Below, in pieces: positions 24,101-36,164 of a stretch of DNA of 64,000 bases. How positions within the stretch are numbered: the stretch's first letter is position 1; every line of letters starts with the position of its first letter. The position numbers and the translations under genes were made by a program. Under the pieces are notes generated by a model. The model was not told the origin of the DNA. It was given only the letters and a program-made list of their open reading frames with translations, and searched no databases. This DNA is from Gekko japonicus (lineage: Eukaryota), in the NCBI RefSeq assembly GCF_001447785.1, contig NW_015164198.1:202828-266827 (forward strand), given 5' to 3'.

Positions 24101-26888
24101 CTTTGGCCTGAGTTTTCTTAGCCAAGATGTGGTTCACCTAGCCTCAAAGCAAAAAGACACTGTTTAAACCAAGCCTGGCTTCATAGGGCACTGCTTGTGG
24201 AGGTTCAGAGGTTGTTTTGAGGTCTCTCTCTCTTGGGAAAGACCACCCCAGGTTCAGTGTTAAGAATGCTGGCAACATCCACCCCAATTGCCACTTATCC
24301 CAAGTTGGTTTTATAAAGTGTTTTATCATATCATTGTGTTCCGCTTGCATTGGTGAGTTCCTTCTGTGGATGAAGCCCTCTGCTGAAGCAAAATGCTGTT
24401 GCACCAGCTACTAGAGTGTCTTGTATCAGCAGAGGGCTTGTTGCATCAAAGGAATGCACCATTGCCAGTGCAATACCATAGTAGGATCCAGCTCAGGAAG
24501 TTCTTTGAATAACCTTAGTCTTAAGTGCCACATATGGATAATATTGTTAATTACAAACTTGTAAAAACAGCCTTATAACCTTTGGGAGATTGGTTAAAAT
24601 ATCACATATATATTCCACACCCAAGAGGATCCACTTATCCACATGTGCAGGACATTTAAGTACAAATATTGCAATTCAAATTATAAAAGTTATCACAGAA
24701 TCTGTACAATCAAGAGTACACATAGAGGCATTGTTATAAATGATCCTTCATCATCCATTCAGACATTTACTGCTGATTATCACCCATCTGTTTACCTCCA
24801 TAATTAATGAGTTAACCTCTTCTGATAAGACTCTGGACCATGTACTTTTTTGAAACTTTTAAAAAACCATTTAAGGTTTTTCTTAAATGGATTTCAAATG
24901 GTTACAATGAGTAAATTACAATAGTGGACAGTTGGATTTTGATCTGTTTTAAATTCTATGGAACATAAAACATTATGGATTATGAGGTTATTAATTAGAA
25001 AGAACCAAGGCTATGCAACATACATGCATGGCATAAAAAGCCTGTCCATACTTTAGGATAGCTATGAGATAATATGCATGCCTAGGACAGAAGCTTTGGT
25101 TTCTGAATATCTTGAATATTTTTTAAAAAGGGAGCTCAAAGATAATCTTAGCAGAGGCCAGGTGTTGTTTTTTAAGTACCTCTGTGGAAAAGTCCCCATT
25201 TCCGATGCCACCTAATTTGTGACAGGGGAGATGCCCAGAATGTAAGAAAAACATGAGAGTTTTAGACTATAAATCAGTGGAGGAAAGAGGATGGAGAAAA
25301 GATGAGAGAAGGAGGGAAAGTAGATTAACCCAAAGAAGAGTTGTTGCAGGCAGTATTTTTCATTCTCTCTGTCTGATTCAAAATCAGTTCAAATGAAATA
25401 CTGGGATTTCAGTTACATTTGTTCCGCTGATGTAAATGGTCCCCAGAAGATTTTCAATCCAACCACTTCAGCTTAACTGTTTTAGGGGTTGGAACGTTTG
25501 CTGCTTAACAGAACTGACAAAAGGTTCATTGACTTTAAATAAGGTCTCCCATGGATCACTGACTCAACAAGCCTTTCTTTAAGAGGCAGGCTTTCCCTGG
25601 CTTCAGAAGGAGTCTGGTTTTGATGCACGGCAAGCAAGTGGTTGACCAGCCACGGTGGCACAAGAAGACGTCCCAGCTGTAACATACAAAAAGCACACAT
25701 TGAGCTAATAGAACCTTAAGGGAAGGTGGTTTCAATAAAGAATTCTCTTTATACTAGAGGCATTACTTAAGATTTATGTCCTGTAGACCATGATGACAAC
25801 TCAATAATGATTGCTCCAGACCCTTATAGTAATAAGATTTAATATTGCAATGTTTCCAGAAATGTGCTTTTTGAAATATTATGAGTCAGAAAATGCTCTT
25901 CTGAAGCTGAACCTCATCAACAGATTTTATGGGTTTGAATTCAAAGAATTATAGAGCATGCTTTTTGAAATGGAGGGGGAGACTCTACCTGAGCAAATTA
26001 GTTAAATACTCCTTATTTACGACAGAGTGTAAGTTAGAATGCAATATATCTTTTTTTTTTGGAAGGGGGAGAACCTTTTCAAATTTACATTTTTGGACTA
26101 AAGTTGAACCATTTTCAGTTGTGTATTGCAGTGGTCTGTGAAGTTTCACACTGGAGTTTGCAGAGTATGTTTAAAACAGTAGAAATCTGGCAAAGCTAGT
26201 TCTGGAATTCTAGACTATTCTAATTAGTAGGGGGTTTGCTTCAACAGAGGCAAGGGGTTTTTTTTCTTTAAAAAAAGCCCAAATGGGAACTGAGTGTCAC
26301 TCAAGAGTGGAGTGGAATCACTTACTAATGGATAGTATTTAACTGTTTCAGTTGTTTTTTAAACTATGCATTCTAGGGTTTTTACCTTTTTATTGTTTCC
26401 ACCTGCCTTGGGTTCTGTGTCCTAAATAAATAAAAACCCTAAAGAAATAAAATGCTCTAAATGAATAAAACAATCTGTGAATAATTTTATTTAATAGCAC
26501 TGTGCTTCCACCTTCCACCTTCAGCATTCCCTGGTAAGTGCTCAAGCCAGCCAAAAAAGAATTGCATTGGATCAAGGTCCTAGCTTCAAGGGAGTGGAAA
26601 AAAAGAGGGATATTTTTTCCAGGTGTAGCAATGGAGACAGCTTCCACCTTGCCAGTGTACAATATACATGGCCCTCAGTTCCTTGGATGTAGGGTGGGAT
26701 ACAAATTTGTTAAACAAATGAATTTAAAAACACAGAGAGTAGTAGACAGTACACAGAGGAAAGTGCTAAGGATGTCCTTAGTGCTATTAGAGCAGGATGT
26801 GAAGAAGGATTCTGAGCTGGTATTATTTGATGATTGTGGATGTGTCAATTTAGTGTTATTATTCTCTGTACCTTGCATGTATACACAC

Positions 26889-27288
26889 TGGGGTTGCCAG
26901 CCCCCAGGTCCCAGTGGGGGATTCCCTGGTTTTGGGGGCTTCTCTCCACCACAGACCAGCTGGCCATCAGGGGAAACCCCACCCCAAAACAGGGAAGTCA
27001 CCATGTGACCTCCCTGATTTGATGATGCCAGCTGGAAGTGATGTCATCTTGTAGGGGACATCGCGTGGGGGAGATGCTTTGGTTTTTGGGCAAACTCTAT
27101 GGTTGAAGCCCAATTTTACCATGGAGTTTGCCCCCAAACCAGAGCATCCTCCACATCACATCCCTAATGCAATGATGTCACTTCCAGGTGCCATCATTGC
27201 ATCAGGGACATTGTGCAACATCCCTGCCCATCCTTGGAACACCCCCTGAATCCCCCCACTGGAGCAGTAAGGGGACCTGGCAACCCTA
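26889..27288. mobile_element. hAT MITE (TAGGGTTGCC family)
   Basis: TGGGGTTGCCAG...CTGGCAACCCTA; 8-bp TSD ATACACAC at 26881-26888 and 27289-27296; internally semi-palindromic. Confidence 0.85.
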
Positions 27289-27711
27289 ATACACACAGAC
27301 ATGCACACTTTAAGTTGGATTCTGTGCCAGTTTTCCTTTGTTCTCTTGTTCTCTGCATACTTAGAAATAGAAGAAGTGGTTCTTTTTCTGTAAAAAGGGT
27401 CAGTGAGTCTTCCATCTTAAGAGCTTTCTTGCACTTACCTCTGACTAAACATGCTTAGGATAACCCTCTGATAGTACAACCCTAAGAACACTTTCCTAGG
27501 ACTAAGATCCATTAAATACAGGGTTCATTTCTATAGTTTCTAACTAGGACTTGAATGATTTCATTTGGTTTCAAGGAAGAAGTTGGGAAGTAAAATTTGT
27601 AAGTCCTTCAGTATTTGCCTTACTAACTGTGCAATCCTATGGAGAATTACCCCAGTATCCTCTCAGGACTCGAACCATTAAGATAACAACAATTGCCAGT
27701 AGGTTGCAACC

Positions 27712-27855
27712 AATCCCCTCAAGGGATTTTCAAGGCAAGAGATGAGCAAAGTTGGCTTGCCATTTTCTTCCTCAGCATAGCACCCCTGATCTCCTGTCTA
27801 ACCATGCTTAACTTCCAAGCTCTGATGACCTCGGGCTAGTCTGAGCTATGCAGGC
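27712..27855 (-). mobile_element. Degenerate 5S-derived SINE fragment
   Basis: TGCTTAACTTCCAAGCTCTGATGACCTCGGGC resembles the reverse complement of the 5S box A region. Confidence 0.5.
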
Positions 27856-28609
27856 TGCTTCCACCATTAGATTACAAATTTTAAAATGATTACTGACCTA
27901 GCAGGGGTTTGAAGGGACCCAGAAAAATGTCATTTTGCTTGCTTTGACAAAGTTATCACATCATTTATATCCCCATTTTTAAAAGGTTTTAAAAAAAATA
28001 TTTGAAATATCGTTCACATTTTGTTAGGGAAATGAAGCACCATTCCAGGGCAATGCCACCAGGGGATTTTACTTACTTAAATACAGTAAATTGAATCCCT
28101 GTGATCATTTCTGTACATTGTTTTTCACTGGTTCCACCTTTCCCAAAACAGGCCTGAGCCTGACTTCTCCCTCTCACAATCCATGGTGGTCCCCAGGCAT
28201 AGCAGTTGAGGTGGCATTTTGAACACATTTTGTTCTCTAGTGACAGAACTCTTTTCATCAGCAATTCCATCCCATGCAGAGATAACCCATACCAGAAATT
28301 CACATTTTCAAACTGGAAACAGTAGCTTTTCAAAATTCAATAACATCCCTAGAAAGACGCAGTCTCCAAAGTCTTTCAAAGCACACTGGGTCAGCCAGTG
28401 TTGTGAACCAGATAAGATTCCAAACCACTTTCAAAGACACTGTCTTCAATGTCTGGTGAGAAGGGATGAAGGCCTATGAAGGAAGGGGAAGACAGAAGAA
28501 CATTAACCTAATAGAAGCTGGCACAACTTGCGATCTACCTACCAAGTATAGTTACCTGGAACTCAATAATTGAAACATTATTAGAATATTTTTAATACAG
28601 CTTGGATCC

Positions 28610-29136
28610 TATGAAGAATGGTTAAAGCACTAAGGGCTCTTTAGCTTGGAGAAACGATGACTGAGGGTTGACATGATTGAGGTTTATAAGACAATGCATG
28701 GGATAGAGCAGGTAGAGAAAGCGGTACTTTTCTCCCTTTCTCACAATACAAGAACTAATGGGCACTCAATGAAATTGCTGAGCAGTCGGGTTAGGACGGA
28801 TAAAGGGAAGTACTTCTTCACCCAAAGAGTGATTAACACATGGAATTCACTGCTACAGGAAGTGGTGGTGGCTACAAGCATGGACGGCTTCATAAGCATA
28901 TGGAGCAGAGGTCCATCAGTGGCTATTAGCCACAAGGTATAGATAGGGGTTCTGGGGCAAGTGATGCTCTGTCTTCTTGGTGCTTGGGGGGGTCAACAGT
29001 GGGAGGGCTTCTAATGTCCTGGCCCCACTGCTGGACCTCCTGATGGCACTGGTATTTCTGGCCACCGTGTGATACAGAGTGTTGGACTGGATGGGCCTTT
29101 GGCCTGATCCAACATTGGCGTCTCTTATGTTCTTAT
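28610..29136 (+). mobile_element. CR1 LINE 3' end (ORF2 C-terminus, 3' UTR, tail)
   Basis: ORF 28673: DMIEVYK...TRTNGHSMKL...KYFFTQRVINTWNSL; (CTTATGTT)n tail; possible TSD GATCC. Confidence 0.9.
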
Positions 29137-29278
29137 GATCCAACAGCACTTTCATTTCTATGACTTTTTCATCTCCCCCTCCCATGGCAGCCCCAAATGC
29201 CTCCTGAAATGCTGATTCTAGGGGACAAGGGATCCCAGGGGCAGCTTTCAGAGCATTTAGGGGTCAGTAGCAGAAGGA

Positions 29279-30258
29279 CAATATACAAAGTGACAATATA
29301 CATCCTTGTCGTACTCCTTTTCCTATGATTGGTTTAGCATAGGAAAAGGAAGTACGACAAGGATGTATATTGTCACCTTGCTTATTTAATATATATGCAG
29401 AGTACATCATGTGAAACGCTGGCCTGGATGAATCACAAGCGGGAATTAAGATTGCTGGGGAAAAGATCAACAACCTCAGATATGCAGACAATACCACTCT
29501 AATGGCAGAAAGTGAAGAGGACCTAAAGAGCCTTTTGCTCAGGGTAAAAGAGGAGAGCGCAAAAGTGGGCTTGAAGCTCAACATAAAAAAAAAACTAAGA
29601 TCATGGCATCCGGCCCCATCACTCCTTGGCAAATAGAAGGGGAAGTCGTGGAAGTAGTGACAGACTTCACGTTCCTGGGATCCCAGATCACAGCAGACTG
29701 TGACAGCAGCCATGAAATTAAAAGATGCTTGCTCCTTGGGGGGAAAGGGATGGCGAACCTAAACAGCATGATAAAAATTAGAGACATTACCCTGCCAACA
29801 AAAGTCCTCATGGTCAAAGCAATGGTATTCCCAGTAGTCATATATGGCTGTGAGAGTTGGACTATAAGGAAGGCCGAGCGCCGAATAATAGATTCTTTTG
29901 AACTATGGTGCTGGAGAAGACTCTTGAGAGTCCCCTGGACTGCAAGGAGATCAAATCAGTCAATCCTAAAAGAAATCAACCCTGACTGTTCCCTGGAAGG
30001 CCAGATAATGAAACTGAAGCTCAAATACTTTGGCCACCAAATGAGAAGGGAGCACTCACTGGAGAAGACCCTGATGCTGGGAAAGATTGAAGGTCAAAGA
30101 AGACGGGGACGGCAAAGGATGAGATGGTTAGTGTCATCGATGCAACGAACATGAAACTGAGCAAACTTCAGAGGACGGCAGGACACAAGAAGGCCTGGCA
30201 TGATCTGGTCCATGGGGTCGCAAAGAGTCGGACTCGACTGTGCGACTGAACAACAACA
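29279..30258 (+). mobile_element. BovB (RTE) LINE, 5'-truncated, with 5' fold-back
   Basis: RQGCILSPCLFNIYAE, NNLRYADN, YGCESWTIRKAERRIIDSFELWCWRRLLRVPW; ACTGAACAACAACA tail; TSD AGCAGAAGGA at 29269-29278 and 30259-30268. Confidence 0.95.
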
Positions 30259-30894
30259 AGCAGAAGGAGGGAGGCATGACAAATCACACTCTGCTAAAAG
30301 AAACCAGTGAGTATTTTCAATAGTTTCCAAACAACTTTTAGGTTTAACAGCAGTTTGTCTCAGAAGAGACAAAGCAGGCACTTTTGCACTTCATGCTTCA
30401 TAGGTGGATCTTTATCCACCCAGAGAAATGCTCCATGTATCCAAGCCATGCAACCGTCTATTTCTTTCTGAATACTAAGATACTGTACAACTAATATTCA
30501 AGTAAGCATAAATAATATCTGTTAAAAACTGAAGAACAGAAGATGTAAATTTAAAAGGCCTTCCAAAATAATAATATTTTCATACGATACTGCAAGGGGA
30601 ATCTAAAGAAGGAACCATTCACAGTGCAGGGGGGAGTGAGTTCTACCAAGTGGGAGCAGCTGCCAATAAATCCTTCAAGTGGGTTCTTCAACCATATTTT
30701 TCTAACAGGGAGCTCCTGCAATGAGTCTTCATTGTCTCAGAGCAAGAGTTGGTATGTACAGAATTAATTAATTAATGTATGACATTGTGTGTGGAATAGC
30801 CAGGAGATCCCGGAAGGGATTGTTTGGCTGCCAAAGCTGTAGATCTTTTTTGGCACCACTAGGTGGTGAGCTATGCTTATTTTTAGGCTGAGAG

Positions 30895-31000
30895 TGCCGT
30901 GACTTGCCTAAGGTCACCCAGCTAGCTTCAAGTGGGGAATCAAACCCAGTTCTCCAGATTCAAGTCTGCTGCTCTTAACCACTATACCAAACTGGCTCTC
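30895..31000 (-). mobile_element. tRNA-derived SINE head fragment (same family as 33389-33661)
   Basis: Reverse complement reads GAGAGCCAGTTTGGTATAGTGGTTAAG (A box)...GGGTTTGATTCCCC (B box). Confidence 0.7.
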
Positions 31001-31004
31001 ATGG

Positions 31005-31210
31005 TATGTACATAAGCAGGTTGTCAAGTATCTTAAACCTAAGTTATTTAGGGCTTTAAAGGTTAAAACCAGCACTAGCCCCATAAACACACTGGGACAG
31101 CCCATGTTGTGAACCAGTTGAAGATTCCAAACTATCTTAAAGACAGCCCCATGTACAGAACATTCCAATAGCCCAATCTAGATGTTTCCAAGGCATGTGT
31201 GACTGTGGCC
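31005..31210 (-). mobile_element. Old L2 ORF2 C-terminal fragment
   Basis: RLGYWNVLYMGL..K....LQLVHN and VLVLTFKALNNLGLRYL motifs (ORF 30914-31168 and neighbouring frame). Confidence 0.65.
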
Positions 31211-31240
31211 CTTGAAGTATACCTTTTCTACAAAAGGCTT

Positions 31241-31431
31241 TTGTTGTTCAGTCGCACAGTTGAGTCCGACTCTTCACGACCCCATGGACCAGCTCCCGCC
31301 AGGCCTTCCGGTCTTCCGCCGTCCTCTGAAGTGTGCTCAATTTCATGTTCGTTGCATCTATGACACTGTCTAACCATCCCATCCTTTGCTGTCCCCGTCT
31401 TCTTTGACCTTCAATCTTTCCCAGCATTAGG
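31241..31431 (-). mobile_element. BovB 3' end fragment
   Basis: LMLGKIEGQRRRGQQRMGWLDSV...; reverse complement of ~30070-30258 including the (CAA)n tail. Confidence 0.9.
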
Positions 31432-31704
31432 GCTACAACTGTAGAAAGATAGTTGGGAAAATGCACTCCTAGCTACTACTGTCACGTCACCTCAGCATCC
31501 AAGGTCAATAAGACATCCAAAAGCACACAGAACCTGAGAGCTTGCTCCTTCAGGAGAGGAATAGTACAGGATAGCTGAATACCTATTCCTGGATCAGACT
31601 TACACCTGAGCCTCATCAGTTCTGTTTTTATCTGAACTAAACTTCTGGTTGTTCACCTTCATCCCATCCGGTACAGCCTCCAGACAGAATTGATTGACAA
31701 TAAG

Positions 31705-31995
31705 TTCCAGGCAGACAAAAGCGAGTTCTCCACACAAGAATGCATAATTAACTTATGGAATTCAGTACAATAAGATAATGTGGCGGTCAGTAGTCTAAAT
31801 GGCTCTTTAAAAGTATTAGACACATTCAAAGAGGATATGCTTCTCCAAAGCAATGACCCATGAATGTCAATTTCAGCATCCCTCTGCATACCAGATGCTG
31901 GACACAAACAATGGGGAATGGAACAATGCCTTAATGCCCTGGTTGTGTGCTTCCTGGAGGAAAACAGGATGCTGGATGAGGTGGACCCAGTCTGA
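31705..31995 (+). mobile_element. Old CR1 3' fragment
   Basis: FQADKSEFSTQ..INLWNS motif, and a CTGGATGAGGTGGACCCAGTCTGATT 3' UTR remnant. Confidence 0.55.
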
Positions 31996-32626
31996 TTCCT
32001 TAGGCTTTTTTTTTCTTTTGTTCTCCTCCTTATTTAAAAGAGGAAAACGAACAAAGGAAAACAAATTTCAAAGGCAATATTCTTTGTACATGAAGTGATA
32101 TTCTGTCCTAAGAATGAAAACAGATTTTTGCACACAATACTTCTAGGTTGCTCAGTCAAATTTTATTCGGTTTGCAGCCAAGTTTTCTGGTGTGCAGATT
32201 TGCAATGAAAATTCTCTAATTGTAGTTTGTGAAATGCGCATGGCCAGCTAGCACATAAACAAACATTCTGCTCAGGTTCTGAATGAAAACAGATTTCAGG
32301 AGAGAGACAGGGTTTTTTTTCCTTCCAAAACAAAGGTTTATTTATTTTAGGTCTACTGTCAATCAGGACTCAAAAGCAGGGCTTAACTGGCTTAAAATTC
32401 CTTCTTGACTCCTGGTGAGCAGCGTGAAGAGGAAATAAGATCAAGTGTCCAGGTGAGAAGGAGGGTGGCCATGTCCTATAGTGTAGCTTTTTCCTTCCGC
32501 TGCACCACTGAACTAAATATACAGAGCCATATGTTCCTGCTGTCTCTGTTTATGAGAGACAGTCCCCATTTTCTTGCACCATTTCCCCATTTTTTGGCAA
32601 TTGTCCCTGGTAAATGAATGTCCATA

Positions 32627-32629
<3 letters not shown>

Positions 32630-32677
<48 letters not shown>
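32630..32677. repeat. (CT)n microsatellite
   Basis: Seen directly. Confidence 0.95.
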
Positions 32678-32681
<4 letters not shown>

Positions 32682-33388
32682 GAATGAGAGAGAAATAGGA
32701 TGCCTTTCTGAAAATTATACTGGGGTGTGTGTTTTGCTGGTAAAAGAAGGTGTGGGTTTTTTTCTTTCTCCCCCGGCTCTACAGAAGTTTTGTCTCTGCA
32801 TGGGGCTAAATACATCTTACTGCATGGTAAGTCCACACACTTGAATTTAATGTCAGTAAAGCACTTTCCTTCCCATAAGCCTCGTAACTCCCTATTCAGA
32901 TAATGAATGTTGTGTTGTAGCTATTCTGGAACAAATACAACCAGATCTACTGTGACATTATCATTTTAAGTAAAATAAAATCAAAAACCTAACCCTGTAG
33001 GTTAGCTTTTGAAACACTCTGTTTCAAAAGCTGATGAAGTGCAGATTACAGCAGAGTAAGTGCACAAAAGGAGAGGAATGTCTTGTGAAAGATGGGGCAC
33101 TCCTTGATATGAGAAAAGGAATGCTGGGAAAACATCCCTGTTTCACCTGATATATTGGAGATGCAGAAAAGCACACGGTACTTATATAATTTAGTTTATT
33201 GCAGAAGCATAAATCTAAATTGCATCTGTGAAATTCTTCTAATCAATTAGTATGTTCTAAACTGCTAAATGGATGGACCAAAATGTAAATCCACAAACCA
33301 AAGAACTACATGTCCAGAAATGCCGTGTCCCGGGACCCCTGTTCCCCATTGCCACTTAACAGGCAAGTGGGGGGCGGGGCAGTGAAGG

Positions 33389-33661
33389 AAGAAGAAGAGG
33401 AGATTGGATTTATACCCTGCCCTTCACTCAAAGTCTCAGAGTGGTTTACAAACTCCTTCTCCTTCCCCTCCCCACAACAGACATCCTGTGAGGTAGGTGG
33501 GGCTGAGAGAGCTCTGAGAGAACTGCTCGTTCAAGAACAGCTCTGACAGAACTATGACTTGCCCAAGGTCATCCAGCAGCTGCAAGTGGAGGAGTGGGGA
33601 ATCAAACCTGGTTCTCCCAGATTAGAGTCCATGCACTGAACCACTACACCAACTGGCTCTC
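33389..33661 (-). mobile_element. Full-length tRNA-derived SINE with LINE-derived tail (Squam3-like)
   Basis: Reverse complement starts GAGAGCCAGTTGGTGTAGTGGTTCAG...CAGGTTTGATTCCCC (Pol III A/B boxes) and ends GGGTATAAATCCAATC with a (CTT)n-like tail. Confidence 0.8.
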
Positions 33662-34192
33662 TGAAGGGGGCTCCTTGGTGTCTCAGGACTTGTCACTTCC
33701 GGTAAACTTCTGCCCCAACTCAATAGTAGGGTTTTGGGTGAGTCCTAGAGCATCACCCTGGCCCAATGAGGCCACATCTTTTTTTTTGTCCAAAGTGACC
33801 TCATACTTCCTGAAAAAGAGACGCTCAGAAGAATGCAGAGATATGCATCAGGAGAGGAGTGGGTGGGGGGGTCTCTTGTAAAAGGAGATCATATGCCACA
33901 GGGAGCTCATTTGGTACATTCTGCCCTTTCTGCATTCTTCATTTCTTCCATTCCATTGTCTCTAGTCCTCCTGGGCAGCTAAGGTGACCCACTTCTGATT
34001 CCTTGCCTGAGATTAGCATGAGCAGCCGACTAAAAAAATGACAACCCTGCCCAACCTTGTCTTGTACATTTAACAGCAGCCTAGCATGCAGAAATATGCA
34101 CATAAAAATAAGAATGATCACCTGCTAATATGATAGGAATAGTGTCGACAACCCCTCCTGTGGCACCCCCAACGCCAGTAGCAGATATGGAT

Positions 34193-34396
34193 ACATGAAG
34201 CCACCTTATACTGAATCGGACCATTGGTCCATCAAAGTCAATTTCGTTTACTGAAACTGGCAGTGGCTCTCAGGGGTCTCAAACAGAAGTTTTTCATGTC
34301 ACCTACTGCCTGGTCCTTTTAACTGGAGATGCTGGGGATTGAACTTGGGAGCTTCTGCATGCCAAGCAGAGGTTCTACCACGGAGCTACAGCCCTT
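34193..34396 (-). mobile_element. tRNA-derived SINE
   Basis: Reverse complement: GGGCTGTAGCTCCGTGGTAGAAC (A box)...AAGTTCAATCCCCAGC (B box)...GATGGACCAATGGTCCGATTCAGTATAAGG; homolog at 51860-52035. Confidence 0.8.
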
Positions 34397-35759
34397 CCGT
34401 ACTTCTTATCTCCACAATTTGTCCCTCACCCACACAAGGCATGTTCTGCTGACGCCACTCAGGGAACTTGTGCTACCATCAAATGAGAAGCTGAAGGTTT
34501 CACCAGGGGATGTGAGCAATAAGATGTCCATAGCAATTCTGATCCCCTGATTATGCACATCCGCCATGTGTGACACTGCAGATACATAGGCATGAGAGAT
34601 TTCCTTTTGGATCCCCTTAGACATTCGTTACGTTCAAACATTACAGCCATGTGTACCAGGAGCCCAGCAATAGAAGCATGCAGTGCCATGATGCTCCTGA
34701 TATGTGCAGTTGCCATTTCTTGTGAATTGGATGTGGTGTGGATTTTTGGTGTGCCTACAGCTTTGGTGCTATGGTATCAAATCTCCATCGATGTAGAAAA
34801 ATCCATGCATTGCCATATTCACATGAAACGGTGACAGCACATATTGAGAGCACCATGAGCAGCATGCATTCTCAGTGGTGGGCTTCTGATATGCCTGGAT
34901 GTAATGTCCAAAAGGGATTCTTCTTTTACCAGGCAACTCACAAAGGCAGAAGCATTTTGAGCGGTGTTGAGGCAGCTGCATTTGTGTTGCAGAGAGAATA
35001 CCAAAGGGGGACCTTAGATTGCTTTGCCTAACATCCATGCAGCTTTGTAGAGCCCTGTTTTAGTCAGTTTGATAAGGTAGCTGGGAAAGATTGCCCCCTT
35101 ATATTTGTTCACACATCTAATGAGTTCCTCAGAGTGCAGACACCCACTTTCACAGGTTCCTCTCTTAGAGTTCAAGACAATCAAAGCCAGCTGCACAAAT
35201 GTTTGAGGAAAAGGTGAACAAAATCAGAGGGGGGGTTGAAAGGGGAACAGAGAGAAAGAGAGAACTCAGAACAAGATGAGATCAAACACTGTTTAAAATT
35301 CTAAGACAAGTTCCTGCATATTTCCCCCCCATTCCTTTGTGTAGTTATTCTTTCAGTATATCATGGGCCAAAACAGGAGTCTGGTTCTTATATACATTTT
35401 AAAATACATATATACATATCTCACACAAAGAACATTTCTCAGTGTGTGTGACATATTTCTTCCAGAAAGACTATTCATGGTAGTTAGTCACACTTTAAAA
35501 ATCAATTTTATTAATATCATATTTAAAGCTGTTCACATTTACCCCTGTTGACTTCCATTGTTTTTCTTGCATTTGATCTTTATTTTTAAAATATGCTTCC
35601 CATTAACATGGAACACAGCCCTGTGTATTCAGAGACTTCTCAATTCCCCCCCCGCCCATTTTCCTCTGGAAACGCCACTTCACACACAACTTTGCTCACT
35701 CACGGACCACACTCCTGCCTTTGATAAGACTGCCACAGAATAAATACACGTTGTGAAAA

Positions 35760-36164
35760 CGGGTCATTTCATAGAAAAAGAGGTGCAGGAGCTCATTAGC
35801 ATAACTCATTAGCATAACTTATTTGCATATGCCACACACCCCGACATCACTGGAAGTGTGTCAGAAGGCAACACCCACTGCTCAAGCTCCACTGGACTGT
35901 TTTGGATTGCTAGTTATTGGGGGAACGTGCAGATCTGTCCTCACAGAGGAGGGAGAGCTTGTACCTGAATAAAACTTGGTCTTAAAGGTGCCACTGGACT
36001 GTTTTGGGCCGGGGGGGGGGGGGCTCTGCAACTTACCTGGCTGCTTCTTGCTCTGACTGAGGGCTGCTGGGAGCAGGGGGTGGGGCTTGCTGCATGTGCC
36101 CACCCCCTGGGCTCTTTACTGCCGGAGCTCCGCTCCTGTGCGCTCCTGCAGGAAATGACCCCTG
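35760..36164 (-). mobile_element. hAT MITE related to family A, with a different interior
   Basis: GGGTCATTTC...GAAATGACCCCTG; imperfect TSD TGTGAAAA/TGTGAAAC; shares the CTCATTAGCATAA repeats. Confidence 0.8.

Noticed and set aside
25482-28333. Possible minus-strand exons (acceptor TTACAG at ~25677, donor GTAAGT at 28071-28076)
   Set aside because: No recognisable protein in any frame, and such sites occur by chance. A non-coding or UTR exon cannot be excluded without RNA-seq.
33004-33070. 13-bp perfect hairpin (AGCTTTTGAAACA-CTC-TGTTTCAAAAGCT) followed by CTGATGA-GTGCA...TGCAC-AAAA, resembling a type III hammerhead
   Set aside because: GAAA is absent (AAAA), the cleavage position would be G, and no stem III can form.
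33590-33661. tRNA genes (also 30930-31000, 34330-34396, 46855-46886, 51860-51915)
   Set aside because: A/B boxes are present but no full cloverleaf; they are SINE heads, most followed by SINE bodies.
34605-34916. TG/CA-rich block with weak inverted ends (CCCCTTAGACATT...AATGTCCAAAAGGG) and overlapping ORFs
   Set aside because: Probably an old CpG-decayed MITE, but the TSD and boundaries cannot be established and the ORFs have no recognisable motifs.
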